Shown one piece after another: positions 40,300 to 54,492 of a stretch of DNA of 64,000 nucleotides (position 1 is the stretch's first letter; each line of letters opens with the position of its first letter). The position numbers and the translations under genes are program-made. The stretch is from Octopus vulgaris. Taxonomy: Eukaryota. The stretch is taken from assembly GCA_951406725.2 (NCBI GenBank), contig OX597818.1, positions 116,560,001 to 116,624,000 of the forward strand, given 5' to 3'. Under the pieces are notes generated by a model, which worked only from the letters and a program-made list of their open reading frames with translations, did not search any database and was not told where the DNA came from.

Positions 40300-41778
40300 T
40301 TCTGAAGTACAAACCAAATTACATATACACTCATATAAGTGTGGGTACATACACATAATAAATCATATACATATACATATGAGTGCATATACTCATACTC
40401 CCATACATACACATATACATATACATAATAATATAAATAATATAAATCAATAAACATATATATGTTCCATATTCAATGTTACAGTTTTACAACTTAATAT
40501 TATGATATTACAATGTAGAGAACATACACATTAATACCTAAATGCAGATACACAGAGTTAAGAGTCCATTATATTAATTTATATTAATTTACAAAATGTC
40601 ATTAATGTTAACATCATTACTATTATCATTATCACTAATGCTACCAATATCATTATTCTTATTATTAATAACACTAATACTAGCAAAACAATATATAGAT
40701 CACATTATTAGCAATATAATAGCAAAACTAAGGACCACAATAGTACTACAGTACCATGCAAAGCATTAAATATCTGCACATACATACAAAATAAGAAATA
40801 AAATCATTCGGTTTACATGATATTAAGTTCCACAGGTGCATAGATGTTCATAAGATTGCAAATTTATAATTTCAATTGTGACACCAATACAGTATTATGT
40901 TCAGAAATAGTTACGAATCGAGAGTAGTACGTACGTATGTATGTATGTATGTATGTATGTATGTATGTATGTATGTATGTATGTATGTATGTATGTATGT
41001 ATTTCTTCTCGTAGTTGATGATTATGAAGCAGAACAGTGCTCTAAAGCATGTATGTCTATAATGGCAGTTCCAGCTTTCCTTTATCGGAGCTAGCATAAC
41101 ATATCAAGAACTGCACAATCTGACGTTTCTCTGGTTTTCTATCTTCCTTTTCTCACGGAGCTACGGTGTGGAAAGAGCGAGAAACTCCGTAGAAACTCTT
41201 TGATGCACAATGGTCATGCCAGATGAAATCGAACTGTATTATTGAAGAATCATTGTGGTTTGGTGAAGGGAACACATGCGTTATAAAGATTATTAGTTTT
41301 TAGCGCCAGAAAGTTATGTTCCAGCATCTTTTCATTACAAATGAAGCATCTCCACGCTGACAACATTGTCTATTACGTATGTGTACGACCGCATTACCTA
41401 TTATGTTTATTGCTAAAGTAGCGGAGGTTAGATAACCGGCAAGTCTGTTTGTTATTTCTAGCACGCCGAGTGACGCCTTACAGGAACATGAAGGATCTAT
41501 ATCTTGGCGTTTTGATGAAACCGGAAAATGAAGTTTTATTGGTATCGATGCTGGTGTAGTCGTTGCAAATTTAGTATGTTCTCGTTGTTGAAACTGTTGG
41601 TGTTTTTGATAAATGAGTGGTTGTTGCAGATGGTAAAAGCAATGTGATTGTCAATGCCGTTTAGGGACACCTATGGCTGCGTGGTAAAAAGTTTGGTTTC
41701 CAACCACATGGGTTACGTGGCAGTTTGGGCAAGTGTGTCCTGCTGTGGATTTCGTACATGGAAACTGAAAGAAGTACG

Positions 41779-41822
<44 letters not shown>

Positions 41823-41889
41823 ACAGGGGAACACACATTAATTCGATTATTTTTTATTTATAGTTATACAAATATTTATAGTTATACAA

Positions 41890-41932
<43 letters not shown>

Positions 41933-42129
41933 TGTGTGTGTCTATATGTGTGTGTGTGTGTGTGTCCGTATGTGTATATATATACACACACACACATATA
42001 AATTCTATAATTATAAGCATAATTATAATTATAGAATTTTTGTATAAGGTTATCGATAAAGGTTATTTCAACATACCGAACTACTTGGTAAAATTATTAA
42101 TTATTAATTGATTAATTAATTTTACCCTT

Positions 42130-42186
<57 letters not shown>

Positions 42187-42206
42187 GGTATATATGTATA
42201 TGTATT

Positions 42207-42249
<43 letters not shown>

Positions 42250-42801
42250 GGGTATATATGTATATGTATTTATGTGTGTATATATATATATACATAGGTA
42301 TATATGTATATGTATTTATGTGTGTATATATATGTGTGTGTAGGATTGTGTTTTGTGTGCATACGTGCGCGCGCGCACCTGTGAGCGTCTTGCCTTTACA
42401 TTTGTACCCGTTACAGCCCGACAGCCGATGCTGGTTTGTTGACATCCCCATAACTTACCGCTTTGGCAAAAGACACTGATAGAAACAGTACCAGGCTTAA
42501 CAATAATTGAAAAAAACAACTAAATTCTGGAATCGATTCGGTCGACTAAACCCCAGAAAACCGTGTCCTAGCATGGCTGTATTCCAATAAGTATAGCAAA
42601 TAAAACAATATAAGAAGCATAGGCCGTTGGCTCCTAATGAACAAGAGGGCTTTTATTGAATGAGTAACTTAACTGATGTTTCTCCTCCGTTTTTAAGATG
42701 GCACGGTGTAAGTTGAGGAAGATCTGTCCCCTATTCGTAGTTGTTTGTAAATCTCCCCAGCAGTTCCCTGAACACTCTTTCGTTTGTAAGTTCTCTGCAG
42801 C

Positions 42802-43105
42802 CAGTGGCGGACTGGGTCGAAAAGTATTGCTTGCCAGAAGATTAAGGGGGCTCACCTGCAACTACAAGGGGGACCACCCGCAACTACAATGCTGTGTTTT
42901 AATTTTTTTTTTTTGTTTATTAAAAAGTATTCTTTTCAACTGACGACAAACACAGCCAAGGTGAAATAATTAATGCATTTTTCCAGGAGTGAATAAAACA
43001 TTCTCAAACTTAAGGGGATGGGCCCGTTAGATACTAACATGGGCTTCCATATATGAATTCTACAGGGGCCCACTTGCCATTGGCAACCTGGCCTTTCCGT
43101 CACTG
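42802..43105. mobile_element. hAT-type MITE
   Basis: TIR cagtggcgga / tccgtcactg; 8-bp TSD tctgcagc / tctgtagc; gggccc-type subterminal motifs. Confidence 0.88.
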
Positions 43106-43370
43106 TCTGTAGCTGTTGCTGTTATTATTGTTGTTACCGTTCTTTAGACATAGAGCAGTCATTGAGTGGAGCTCTGATTATTGAAATGGTCTCTCAGCTG
43201 GTAGGAGAGGAGTCACGTCAGAGTAATCACCTTCTAGGCTGCTAGCCATGTTATATCGTCTGTAGATGAAGTGATACGACAATTAACATCGCGTATCAAT
43301 GTTCGAGCTGTGCTTTACTATAGGGGACCTCAAGACGGAAGATTCCTCTACTACGTATTCCAGGGGACCA

Positions 43371-43427
<57 letters not shown>

Positions 43428-43531
43428 TGTGTGTGTGTGTGTGTGTGTGTGTGCATGCGCGTGTGTATGTGTGTGTGTATGTGTGTGTATATATGGAGTT
43501 TCAATGGCCCAGTGGTTAGGCCAAACGAGAT

Positions 43532-43928
43532 TACTCTTTTACTTGTTTCAGTGATTTGACTGCGACCATGCTGGAGCACCGCCTTCAGTCGAGAAAATCG
43601 ACTCCAGGACTTATTCTTTGTAAGCCTAGTGCTTATTCTATCGGTCTCTTTTGCCGAACCGTTACGTTACGGGGACGTAAACACACCACCATCGGTTGTC
43701 AAGCGATGTTGGGGTACAAATACAGACACACAAACACATATACACACACATACATATAGAGATATACGACGGGCTTCTTTCAGTTTCCGTCTATCAAATC
43801 CACTCACAAGGCTTTGGTCATCCCGAGGCTATAGTAGAAGACACTTGCCCAAGGTGTCACGCAGCAGGAATAAACTCGGAAACATGTGGTTGGTAAGCAA
43901 GCTACTTGCCACACAGCCACTCCTCCGC
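43532..43928 (-). mobile_element. SINE B, near full length
   Basis: Complete tail-to-head match to the other family B copies. Confidence 0.92.
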
Positions 43929-44041
43929 CCAAAGGTCCAAAAAACAAAAAAGATGTTTTCACTCCAATGGAGATGGAAAATATAAAATACCCTCTCTGTA
44001 ACGTCATATTGCAACATATATGCGTATTTAGATTATACGAA

Positions 44042-44405
44042 TATCATCATCATCATCATCATCATCATGGCTTGGCTTCGCGAACGAAGATCAGGAAGGC
44101 TGTCCACGTCGCGTGCATGCACGCTCATGACTGAGAAGTCCGATATGGGAAAGGCAGGTCCGTGAGCAGTGTCCACAGAGGAAGGTAACATCCGGTGTGG
44201 TGTCAGAGGCGGCTCGCGCCTTCCTCCGGCGTCTCTTGTCTTTAAGTGCGTCTCTTCTTTGTTCCTCAAACTTGCTGACTGCGTTGAAGATCGTGTGGCG
44301 CCGGACATCACGGTCCGCAGCCAGGTCTGACCAGCATTGGTGGTTAATTTGAAATGCTGTTAGAGACTTCTTGAGGCAGTCTTTGTAGCCTTCCTCGGAG
44401 CACCT
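44042..44405 (-). mobile_element. RTE-clade LINE 3' end
   Basis: YKDCLKKSL...WSDLAADR...FEEQRR...KRRRRK...CGHCSRTCLSHIGLLSHERAC (C-terminal zinc finger), short 3' UTR and (ATG)n tail. Confidence 0.92.
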
Positions 44406-44874
44406 CTCATATATACAAACACACATATATATCATTTACTCTACACATTCTTTAAGATAATAGCTATTAATAGTTTTTTTTCTCCATACAGACCCTGAAG
44501 TTGGGTAGGTTTATGTAACGTGCCTACCCTGTCCATCTCAATGTCTCTATGTCAAAATACTATTAGAAGCTCTTATTTTAAATATATAAGTGAATAATAA
44601 TATATAGGCGCAGGAGTGGCTGTGTGGAAAGTTTTTGGCACGATAGTTGAGAGATTACTGTACATTGAATTTTTCTATATAATAAAAACGTGTACATTTC
44701 TTTTATAGCTTTATTATACAGCTAAAATATTTGTCCCAGTCATGTCTGGCCAAATCGTGTGCCTTTTCATTTCTGCTGCAATCTCTACCTACTGGCTGAA
44801 GGGGAAGCCACTTCTAGCCGCTTTTGAAAGGCAGTCACAAAATCACATGTTCAACTGCAGTTCAAACCGGAATG

Positions 44875-45875
44875 TTTCAGTCATTTAACTGCGGCCATGC
44901 GGGAGCAACACTTTGAAGCCTCTAAGTCGAAGAAAGCGTTTCCCAGTACTTTAATTCGTAAAATTGTAGTGTATTTTATCAGTCGCTTTTGCTGAACCGG
45001 TAAGCAACGCGGACGTAAGCACACAAACACCAGTAGTCAAGCGGTGGTGAGGGACAAATACATAGACACACACGAACACACACGCACACACTTGTGTGTG
45101 TGTATATATATATGTAGAGAGAGAGAGACAGACAGACAGCGGGGGAGGGGAGAGACAGAGACATTTTATATCTATCTGTCTATCTATATATCTATCTATC
45201 TGTCTGTCAGCCTGTCTGTCTGTCTGTCTGTCTTTCTGTCTGTCTGTCTGTCTGCTTCTTTTACTTCTTTCAGTCATTTCACTGCAACCATACTGGAGCA
45301 CCCCCTTTAGTCGAACACATCGACCCCAGGACTTATTTTTTGTAATCCTGGTACTTATTCTGTCGGTCTCTTTTGCTGAGCCGCTAGCCTGCGCGGACGT
45401 AAACACATTAACATTGGTTGTTAAGCGATTGTGGGAGGACGAACACGGACACACAAACAAACACACACACACACATGCACACAAACATACATATATATAC
45501 GACGGGCTTCCTTCAGTCTACCAAATCCACTGACAAAGCTTTGTTCGGCCCAAGGCTATGGTAGAAGACACTTGCCCAAGGTTGCACGCAGTGAGACTGA
45601 ACCCGGAGCCATGGGGTTGGGAAGCAAGCTTCTTACCACACAGCCACTCCTATCTGTTATCATTTACTTGTTTCAGCCATAAGATTGTGGCCTTGCTAGA
45701 GCACCAACTTGAAATGCTTTGTCGAACAAATCGACCCCGGTAATTATTATTTATTTTTAAAAGCTTGGTACTCGATATGTCGTTCGATTTTGTCGAACCG
45801 CTACTGTTAACACTACTTAAACAAAGCAACACCGGTTGTCAAGCGGTGTGGGGGATAAGAACAGACACAAAGACG
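44875..45875 (-). mobile_element. Cluster of three SINE B copies
   Basis: Repeated ttcagtcatt..ctgcggccat...gaaccgc..gtcaagcg blocks at about 44875, 45260 and 45665. Confidence 0.85.
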
Positions 45876-45938
45876 CACACATGGATATGCATACACTCAT
45901 ACATGCATATATGTATGTAATACTATATATATATATAC

Positions 45939-46045
<107 letters not shown>

Positions 46046-46186
46046 CATATGTATATATATATACATATATACATATATACATACATATATATGCATTTAT
46101 ATATATTTATGCACATATATACATATATACATATATCTATATATGTATACAAATGTATACACATATATATATACATATATATTTGC

Positions 46187-46260
<74 letters not shown>

Positions 46261-46363
46261 CAGTACGTCTAGGTATACATAGACACATGTATACTGAAAG
46301 AAGTATGTTTATTTGTCGACACAGACAGATACACGTACAGATGCTGTTTAATATAATTTGCCA

Positions 46364-46745
46364 AGGCGGCGAGCTGGCAGAAACGTTAGCACACCGGGCG
46401 TAATGCTGAGCGGTATTTCGTCGACCGTTACGTTCTGAGTTCAAATTCCGCCGAGGTCGACTTTGTCTTTTATCCTTTAGGGGTCGACTAAATAAGTGTC
46501 AGTTATGCACTGGGTCGATATAATCGACTTAATCTGTTTGTCTGTCCTTGTTTGTCCTCTCTGTGTTTAGCCCCTTGTGGGTAGTAAAGAAATAGGTATT
46601 TCGTGTGTCTTTACGTTCTGAGTTCAAACTCCGCTGAGGTTGACTTTGCGTTTCATCCTTCCGGAGTCGAGAAACCAGTTACGTACTTGGGTCGATCTAA
46701 ATCTCCAAAAATTTCGGGCCTTATACCTAGAGCAGAAATTAATAT
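46364..46745 (+). mobile_element. Composite SINE A: head-core-tail1-truncated head-core-tail2
   Basis: ...gggtagtaaagaaata|ggtatttcgtg...gagttcaaactcc...aaaatttcgggccttatacctaga. Confidence 0.9.
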
Positions 46746-46998
46746 AATTTAATATGTGCGCTTAACTTATGTTTCTTACTAGTGGTCATGTATTTAGTGG
46801 AGATGTTCGGGAGTGAAAGTTTCATAGTGCGGTGTACACAAAATCGTAAATACTTCTGATATATGCATAGAAGTAGATACAATACAAACTCTATATAAAC
46901 GATTTTAAAATGTAATTTGGTTAATTAATTATTTGTGAGAAGAATTCAGAATATGAAACATTTGTAGAAACTCGTCTGGTCTCTGTGTACGCATGTAC

Positions 46999-47055
<57 letters not shown>

Positions 47056-47293
47056 TGTGTGTGTGTATGTGTATCTGTAAATGAGTGTGTATGTATATAT
47101 ATATGTGTGTATATATATATTTATGTTTGTATGTATATAACTCTCTATCTTTACCTCTGTATGCATATATATATACATGAATATATATATATATATATAT
47201 GCATATATATATACACACACACACATACATATAAGTACTTAGTTATCTATTAATATATATTCATATTGTACATATCTATCTATCCATCTATCT

Positions 47294-47326
<33 letters not shown>

Positions 47327-47359
47327 CACACATATAGAAACATGCATATATATATATAA

Positions 47360-47399
<40 letters not shown>

Positions 47400-47418
47400 G
47401 CACTCATTTATCTCTCAT

Positions 47419-47476
<58 letters not shown>

Positions 47477-47698
47477 TACATTATGAGAGCAAGAGAGAGA
47501 GAGAGAGAGAGAGGGGAGAAGGAAAGAGAATTGAGTACGATATGATACATATATATATATTTATATATATTTCCTAAATGCGTATAAACAACCACAAATA
47601 ACAGATGTAAGTAGAATGCAACATAGATAGGCAGGCAGGTAGGAACAGGCGGATAAATAGATAGAAATATAAACAAACACATAGATAGATTGACAGTG

Positions 47699-47816
<118 letters not shown>

Positions 47817-48791
47817 ATAGAGAGGGAGAGATAGATGGATTGATAGACCGAAAGATAGATATATACAGACATTTATTTGCACACATACATTTGTGTCTCT
47901 CTCTTTGTGTTTATGTGTGTTTATGATGCGTGGGCGTTTGTATGTATTTGCATATATCTTCCGGAACCTGTAGCAAAGTGTGTGTGTAGGCTAAAGCTCT
48001 TTTAGTAACAGAGTTATTCATAAACCGAAATTGATGATTGTTTTAAACTTTTTTTCAATTAAAAGAAAAGATTATGTATGGAGAAAAATATTTTATTACG
48101 TAAGGCCAAGCTCGTAAACGTTTAAGATAGAAACAAAATTAAGAATGAGAGGCTCTGATGCCCAAGCATTTGATTAAATATACGGAATGAACAAGAACAT
48201 TTTAAAATTCTGTGATGCGTGCATCGAAACGGTACCGATTTTAGACTGTGTTTCAGGTATTTTACCTGTTTGTGTGGTATTAGTTCGAAATAAATAATAT
48301 TAGATAACTTGTTGTATTTAGGAATGACCATTCCTAAATACAACAATATCTGTTTCAACACACGATTTCACATTAAAAAAATCTTGCACAACAAATAAAT
48401 AAACGTAATTAGGTAACTTGATAAACTTGAATAAGTTTTGGCCAAAGTTTGGCCCAGGCCATGTATAACTTAATAGCACCACCTGGTAGCATCTGTTAAC
48501 TTATTTTAGAGTCAAGTTTTGTGGTGTCAGGGCCCATTCAGGTAGTGAAATGTTGTCGACTGTGATGAGTGATGTATCCAGAAAGTTTTGGGAAGTGTAT
48601 AACAGTCCATGGTGAGAGTCGACCTCTTGGTTAGGAGGGTAGTCACTCACAGGTGAATTCCCATAGATATATACATTTTTAATAACGTCTCTTGTAGAAA
48701 AATGACTAATTTAAGATTGGTAATGAACCAACAAGGAAAAGTTTACTTCATATTGCATGGTAGTATCGAAATAAAAAGATAGGAATTCAAG

Positions 48792-48912
<121 letters not shown>

Positions 48913-49260
48913 GTATGTATATGTGTGTGTATGTATGCATGTATGTATTCAGATAATTATATGCCTATGTATGCAGGTGTGTATGTATGTAAACATACGT
49001 ATATACGCATATATACATCCATGTATGCATACATGCATGCGCACACACGCTTACACTCACATATAGATACATAGATATATATGCATATATATGTGTGCAC
49101 GTGCTGGTAGTGTATGCATGTATGTATGTATGCATGTATGTGCATATATATACATATATAAATATATGAATATATATACACACTTATATAAATATCTATG
49201 TACATGTATATGTCTATCTATCTTTCCCTCTCTGTCTCTCTGTCTCTCTGTCTTTCTCTG

Positions 49261-49313
<53 letters not shown>

Positions 49314-49352
49314 ATAGATATATTTATTATGGTTTAAAAAGATATACTTTAT

Positions 49353-49389
<37 letters not shown>

Positions 49390-49390
49390 C

Positions 49391-49465
<75 letters not shown>

Positions 49466-49468
49466 TAT

Positions 49469-49506
<38 letters not shown>

Positions 49507-49827
49507 CATACACATATATACATATATATATATATATATAATTAATAAAGTGTGTCTTTTTAAAGACAAAATTTGTGTGTGTATGTATATATATATGTAT
49601 ATATATACATATAATGGATGTGAGTTCGATTTTCATGTCCAGTTGCTGACAGATTTGCCTGCTCTGTCAGGATTTTGTCCTTTATATGGTGTTCTATCAG
49701 TACTCAGTTCTATCAGTTGAAAACTATATCTTTCTACTTGTACTACAATACACATTTCACCGCTTTAAAAACAAACTTATGTTTGTTTACATATGCCGTA
49801 AATATAGAGGTATGTATATATTTGTTT

Positions 49828-49869
<42 letters not shown>

Positions 49870-50163
49870 ATATGCACATATACACCTGCATACAAACATA
49901 ACAGAAACACGTATATATCGATATTTTTCTTAGAAATGCGTATGTACGTATATAAGTTTATATGTATGTATGCATGTGTTTGTCATACGTGTGAATATAT
50001 GCACACACGCATACTTAAGAGAGTGGGGGAGAGAGAGAGAGAGAGAGGGGGGGAGACTAAGAGGGGGGCACATATTTCTAAGTATATTGATATATACATA
50101 TATGTATACGTACGCTTCTATATATTTATATATGCTTGTTAATATCTATCTATCTATCTATGG

Positions 50164-50194
<31 letters not shown>

Positions 50195-50204
50195 AATTTA
50201 TCTC

Positions 50205-50237
<33 letters not shown>

Positions 50238-50265
50238 ATCTATATCTATCTATCTATCTATCAAG

Positions 50266-50332
<67 letters not shown>

Positions 50333-50431
50333 TTGTTTGTTTGTTTCTAGGTTTGGCTGTCTGTCTGCCTGCCTACCAACTAGCCTCTCAGTTTGTCTGT
50401 TTTTCGCTGTTTCTCTGTCTCACTCACTCAC

Positions 50432-50463
<32 letters not shown>

Positions 50464-50464
50464 C

Positions 50465-50523
<59 letters not shown>

Positions 50524-50529
50524 CCTCTA

Positions 50530-50608
<79 letters not shown>

Positions 50609-51519
50609 TTATATACATAGTCAAATACGAAAATACATCTACAGACAAACACACGTGAATATGTGTGCATTTATTTCTGTTTAGACATGCATAGCAGTAA
50701 TAATGCGCACACAAAAATACAGTACTTACACTCGCAAACGCGTGCGCGCATATTTCCGTGATTGCACGTGCGTGTGAGTTTGTGTAACGTCTACCGACGT
50801 AAAACAATGAACGAGAGAAACTTCAGCATGGAAACCTTAAAACCAAATGATTGGATCGTTGGAAACCTGTTTCTAACGACGCTATTCTTCAAAATTGTGA
50901 TAATATATATGCATATATTATGTATATACTTATAAATTATATAATCTTGACAAAATGTGTAATTTTATATATATTCATGGGTGTTTGTGTGTGTCGATGT
51001 TAATAAATGTATGTGTTTCTGAATTCGCGTATGTATATTTAAGTTTGGTTCAATTTACACACACATACACACATGCGAATGTATATATATATGGTATATA
51101 TTTAAATGTATAGGTGTGTCCGCTTATGTGATTACGCATGAGTGCTGTGTGTGTCTGCGTGTGTCTGTGTGTCTGCGTGCGTGTGTGTGTTGGGTATCGT
51201 TCAGCATGCTCCTAGCTGTGTGGTGTGTAGTGAAGGATGAAGGTTCGCGTGTGGGATTATCCGCAAATTGTGGAGGTGGAATGCAAATATGTATATGAGA
51301 GAGAAGGATGTGGAGGATGAAACGATGTCGGTTGTTGATATTGCAATGTGGGGGCCGACGAATACGAGAAATAAATCCTAAATCGAAGCAATGAAATATA
51401 TATAAAGATTGATTAATAAGAACGTCCGGAATATATATGTACACACACACTGACAAACACATACAAACACACACATATTTATACATGTGTGTGTGCGTGT
51501 GTGTATTATGTGAATAGAG

Positions 51520-51766
51520 AGGAGAGAAAGAGGGAGATTGAGAGAGAAAGAGAGCGTGTGAACTTGCGTGTGAGAGACGAGGTGGGGGTGGTGTGCATAG
51601 ATATTTTGAGACAGAGGAAGCTGTGTGTCGCGGTTTTGAAAAGTGAAGAGCAATGCAACGATCAGGTGTGAGACAGATGATGAGCGAGAGGGAGAGAGAG
51701 AGAGAGAGGGTGGGAGAGAACGAGAGAGAGTGTGCGAGAGAGAGAGCACGAGTGAGAGAGATATGG

Positions 51767-51797
<31 letters not shown>

Positions 51798-51906
51798 AAC
51801 GATTAGAGAAGTGGGGAGGAGAAACAGAGAAGGCGGTGTGATGAGCGAGGTGAGAAAAGATAAAAATAGAGATGCATGACAAAGGAGGAATAGATGGAGA
51901 GAGAGC

Positions 51907-51947
<41 letters not shown>

Positions 51948-52040
51948 GTGTAGGATACGTACAGAAAGGATGAAGAATAGGGAGGGAATAAAAGAATGGG
52001 GAGTGGGAGGAGTTAAGTATAGATTGATAGACGAAGGGAG
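51520..52040 (+). promoter_or_regulatory. GA-rich, TE-free region upstream of the candidate first exon (possible promoter or 5' UTR)
   Basis: Long GAGA tracts and no recognisable SINEs between about 50700 and 53200; function inferred only. Confidence 0.3.
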
Positions 52041-52147
52041 TGACGATATTGGTGGATTCGTGGGAAGAAAAGTCCCCAACTTTAGCTAGCTACATCCATA
52101 TCTACTTTGATTTATTCAATCAATCTTCCTTTATTTCTTTGTTTTAT

Positions 52148-52183
<36 letters not shown>

Positions 52184-52937
52184 TTCTTCTTCTTCTTCTT
52201 CTTCTTCTTCTTCTTCTTCTTCTCCTCCTCCTTCATCTTCTTCTTCATCATCATCATAATTTTCTGACATTATTATTTTTATTATTAATAATCATAGTAT
52301 TGATATTATTATTATTATTATTACTATTATTATCATTATCATTATTATTATTTAGTTTTGCTTTGTTTTGTCAGTCATTCAACATTTTCTTCCATTTCTT
52401 TTCTCTTTTTTTTTCGTTTCCCTCATCCTCCGAACGCTTCTAATAAAAACAGACGCCATCAAGGTAGTCTAGCCATTGCAATAGTCCCGCTAAAAGCAGA
52501 AACAACCGCCGTTGTTGAGTTCTATCTCACACACATCTCTCCTTTCTTTCTCCCTCTTTCTCCCACTATATATATATATACATATATATATATATACATG
52601 TGTGTGTGTATACAATTGACATAAAACAACCATAAAAAGACACACGAATACGTAGAATAATATAAAGGCTACTGAATTTTGTTAGAAAAAGAAGCAAAAA
52701 ACACGTTCTGCCGTAAAGTGAAAGTAGAAAAAACAAAAACAACAACAACTGAAACTTCTGAAAGAAACTGTTAAATAGTGGAAGTGAAACAAATATTTGG
52801 CTTTTCCTTGCCTAGGCAGCTTCACACATAAGCGGACAAAAAGCTCACAGAATCTTATAGTTGCCGTTAGATGCACATGTTTACATAAAAGAAAAAAACT
52901 AAATTTTTTTTAAATATCTGTCGACGGAGATCATAAA

Positions 52938-52998
52938 ATGTTGTTCAACATAACGCCAATAATATGTGTGCTGGTACTGTGTGTTCTCTTTCCGAGAG
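52938..52998 (+). CDS. Probable first coding exon encoding a signal peptide (MLFNITPIICVLVLCVLFPR, phase-1 intron)
   Basis: aaaATG context, in-frame upstream TAA at 52911-52913, hydrophobic h-region, strong donor AG|GTAAGC; no exon 2 found in window. Confidence 0.7.
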
Positions 52999-53045
52999 GT
53001 AAGCTCACCGTATTCATTTATTTCTTTGCATTTAATTATTATCAT

Positions 53046-53096
<51 letters not shown>

Positions 53097-53171
53097 TCAT
53101 TATTATTATTATAGTCATTATTATTATTATTATTATTATTACTACCATTGTCATCATTATCATCATCATCA

Positions 53172-53215
<44 letters not shown>

Positions 53216-53301
53216 GAGTGAGAGAGCAGTGCAAGCCATCAAAGTGACACTGGGGTAAAAATATACGAAACCCAGTATACCCATCATAACTACCCGTCTG
53301 G
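53216..53301 (-). mobile_element. 86-bp non-LTR 3'-end fragment embedded in (TAA)n
   Basis: Unique sequence flanked on both sides by (TAT)n; minus strand ends ...ctgctctctcactc(AAT)n. Confidence 0.55.
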
Positions 53302-53322
53302 TATTATTATTATTACTATTAC

Positions 53323-53382
<60 letters not shown>

Positions 53383-54006
53383 CATTATTATTATTATTAC
53401 TATTATTATTATTACTATTATAATTATTTTCTAGTGTATATTTTATTACAACAAGAGCAACAGCATCAACAACAACAACAAAAACTAGAGAAAAAAAGGC
53501 ACAAGCGAAAAAAAATTGATAAGAAAATTACCAACAATAATAAAAACAATAATAACAACGATAACAATAATAGAACAACAACAACAAAAACACCATTACC
53601 AACATCAGCAGCAACTACAACAACAACAACAACAATAACAACAATATCAATAATAACAACAACACCAGGAATAATGTTTATATTTTCTGACATAACATAG
53701 TTTATAGATGGAAGTAATGCTCACATATCAGTGATTGTATTTATAAGAAAGTAGAGTGGCGAGTGACAATCGATCGTATTGATCCCAGATTGGGATACAA
53801 CCCAAACTTTAAATGGATTGCATTTTGCGCTTCTATAATGCATCGTGTTTTATTTAGTTTCATTTTCTCGTATTTTTTTTATTTATTTATTATTTTTTTT
53901 GTAAAAAATGTTCTTCATTTCTGCTTTTGATAAGATACTAGTTCCAACTTGGTAATCGTTGTATCTCACTTATATACGCGCACGCCCACTATACATACAT
54001 ACACAC

Positions 54007-54037
<31 letters not shown>

Positions 54038-54277
54038 TGTATGTATGTATGTATGTATGTATGTATGTATGTATGTATGTACCTATCTGTAAATATACAC
54101 ACTTGCATTCAAAGACACTTAGATGCACACATGTATATATAACGGAATATATACATGTATACACCCACCCACACACATATATATGTAGACATAACAGAAT
54201 ATATACATACATATATATGTATATATATATATATACATATCTATATATATATATACACATAACTTTATATATATATA

Positions 54278-54327
<50 letters not shown>

Positions 54328-54333
<6 letters not shown>

Positions 54334-54492
54334 ATATTAATTCGAGACAAAACCACTATTTTGCAAAACAAACAAGGAAAGACTTAATCAATACATAAAA
54401 ATTTTTAATATAAAAAAATTTTTATGTATTGATTAAATCTTTCCTTGTTTGTTTTGCAAAATAGTCGTTTTGTCTCGAATTAATATTATATA
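54328..54492. repeat. Near-perfect palindrome, about 79-bp arms, 7-nt loop
   Basis: attaattcgagacaaaac..ctattttgcaaaacaaacaaggaaaga.ttaatcaatacataaaaattttt and its reverse complement, two mismatches. Confidence 0.93.

Noticed and set aside
41300-41650. About 115-codon open frame on the minus strand
   Set aside because: Bounded by stops, no convincing splice sites or motif.
48502-48690. Protein-like minus-strand frame (DVIKNVYIYGNSP...LTLK*)
   Set aside because: Short, phase incompatible with the 55318 candidate exon, no motif.
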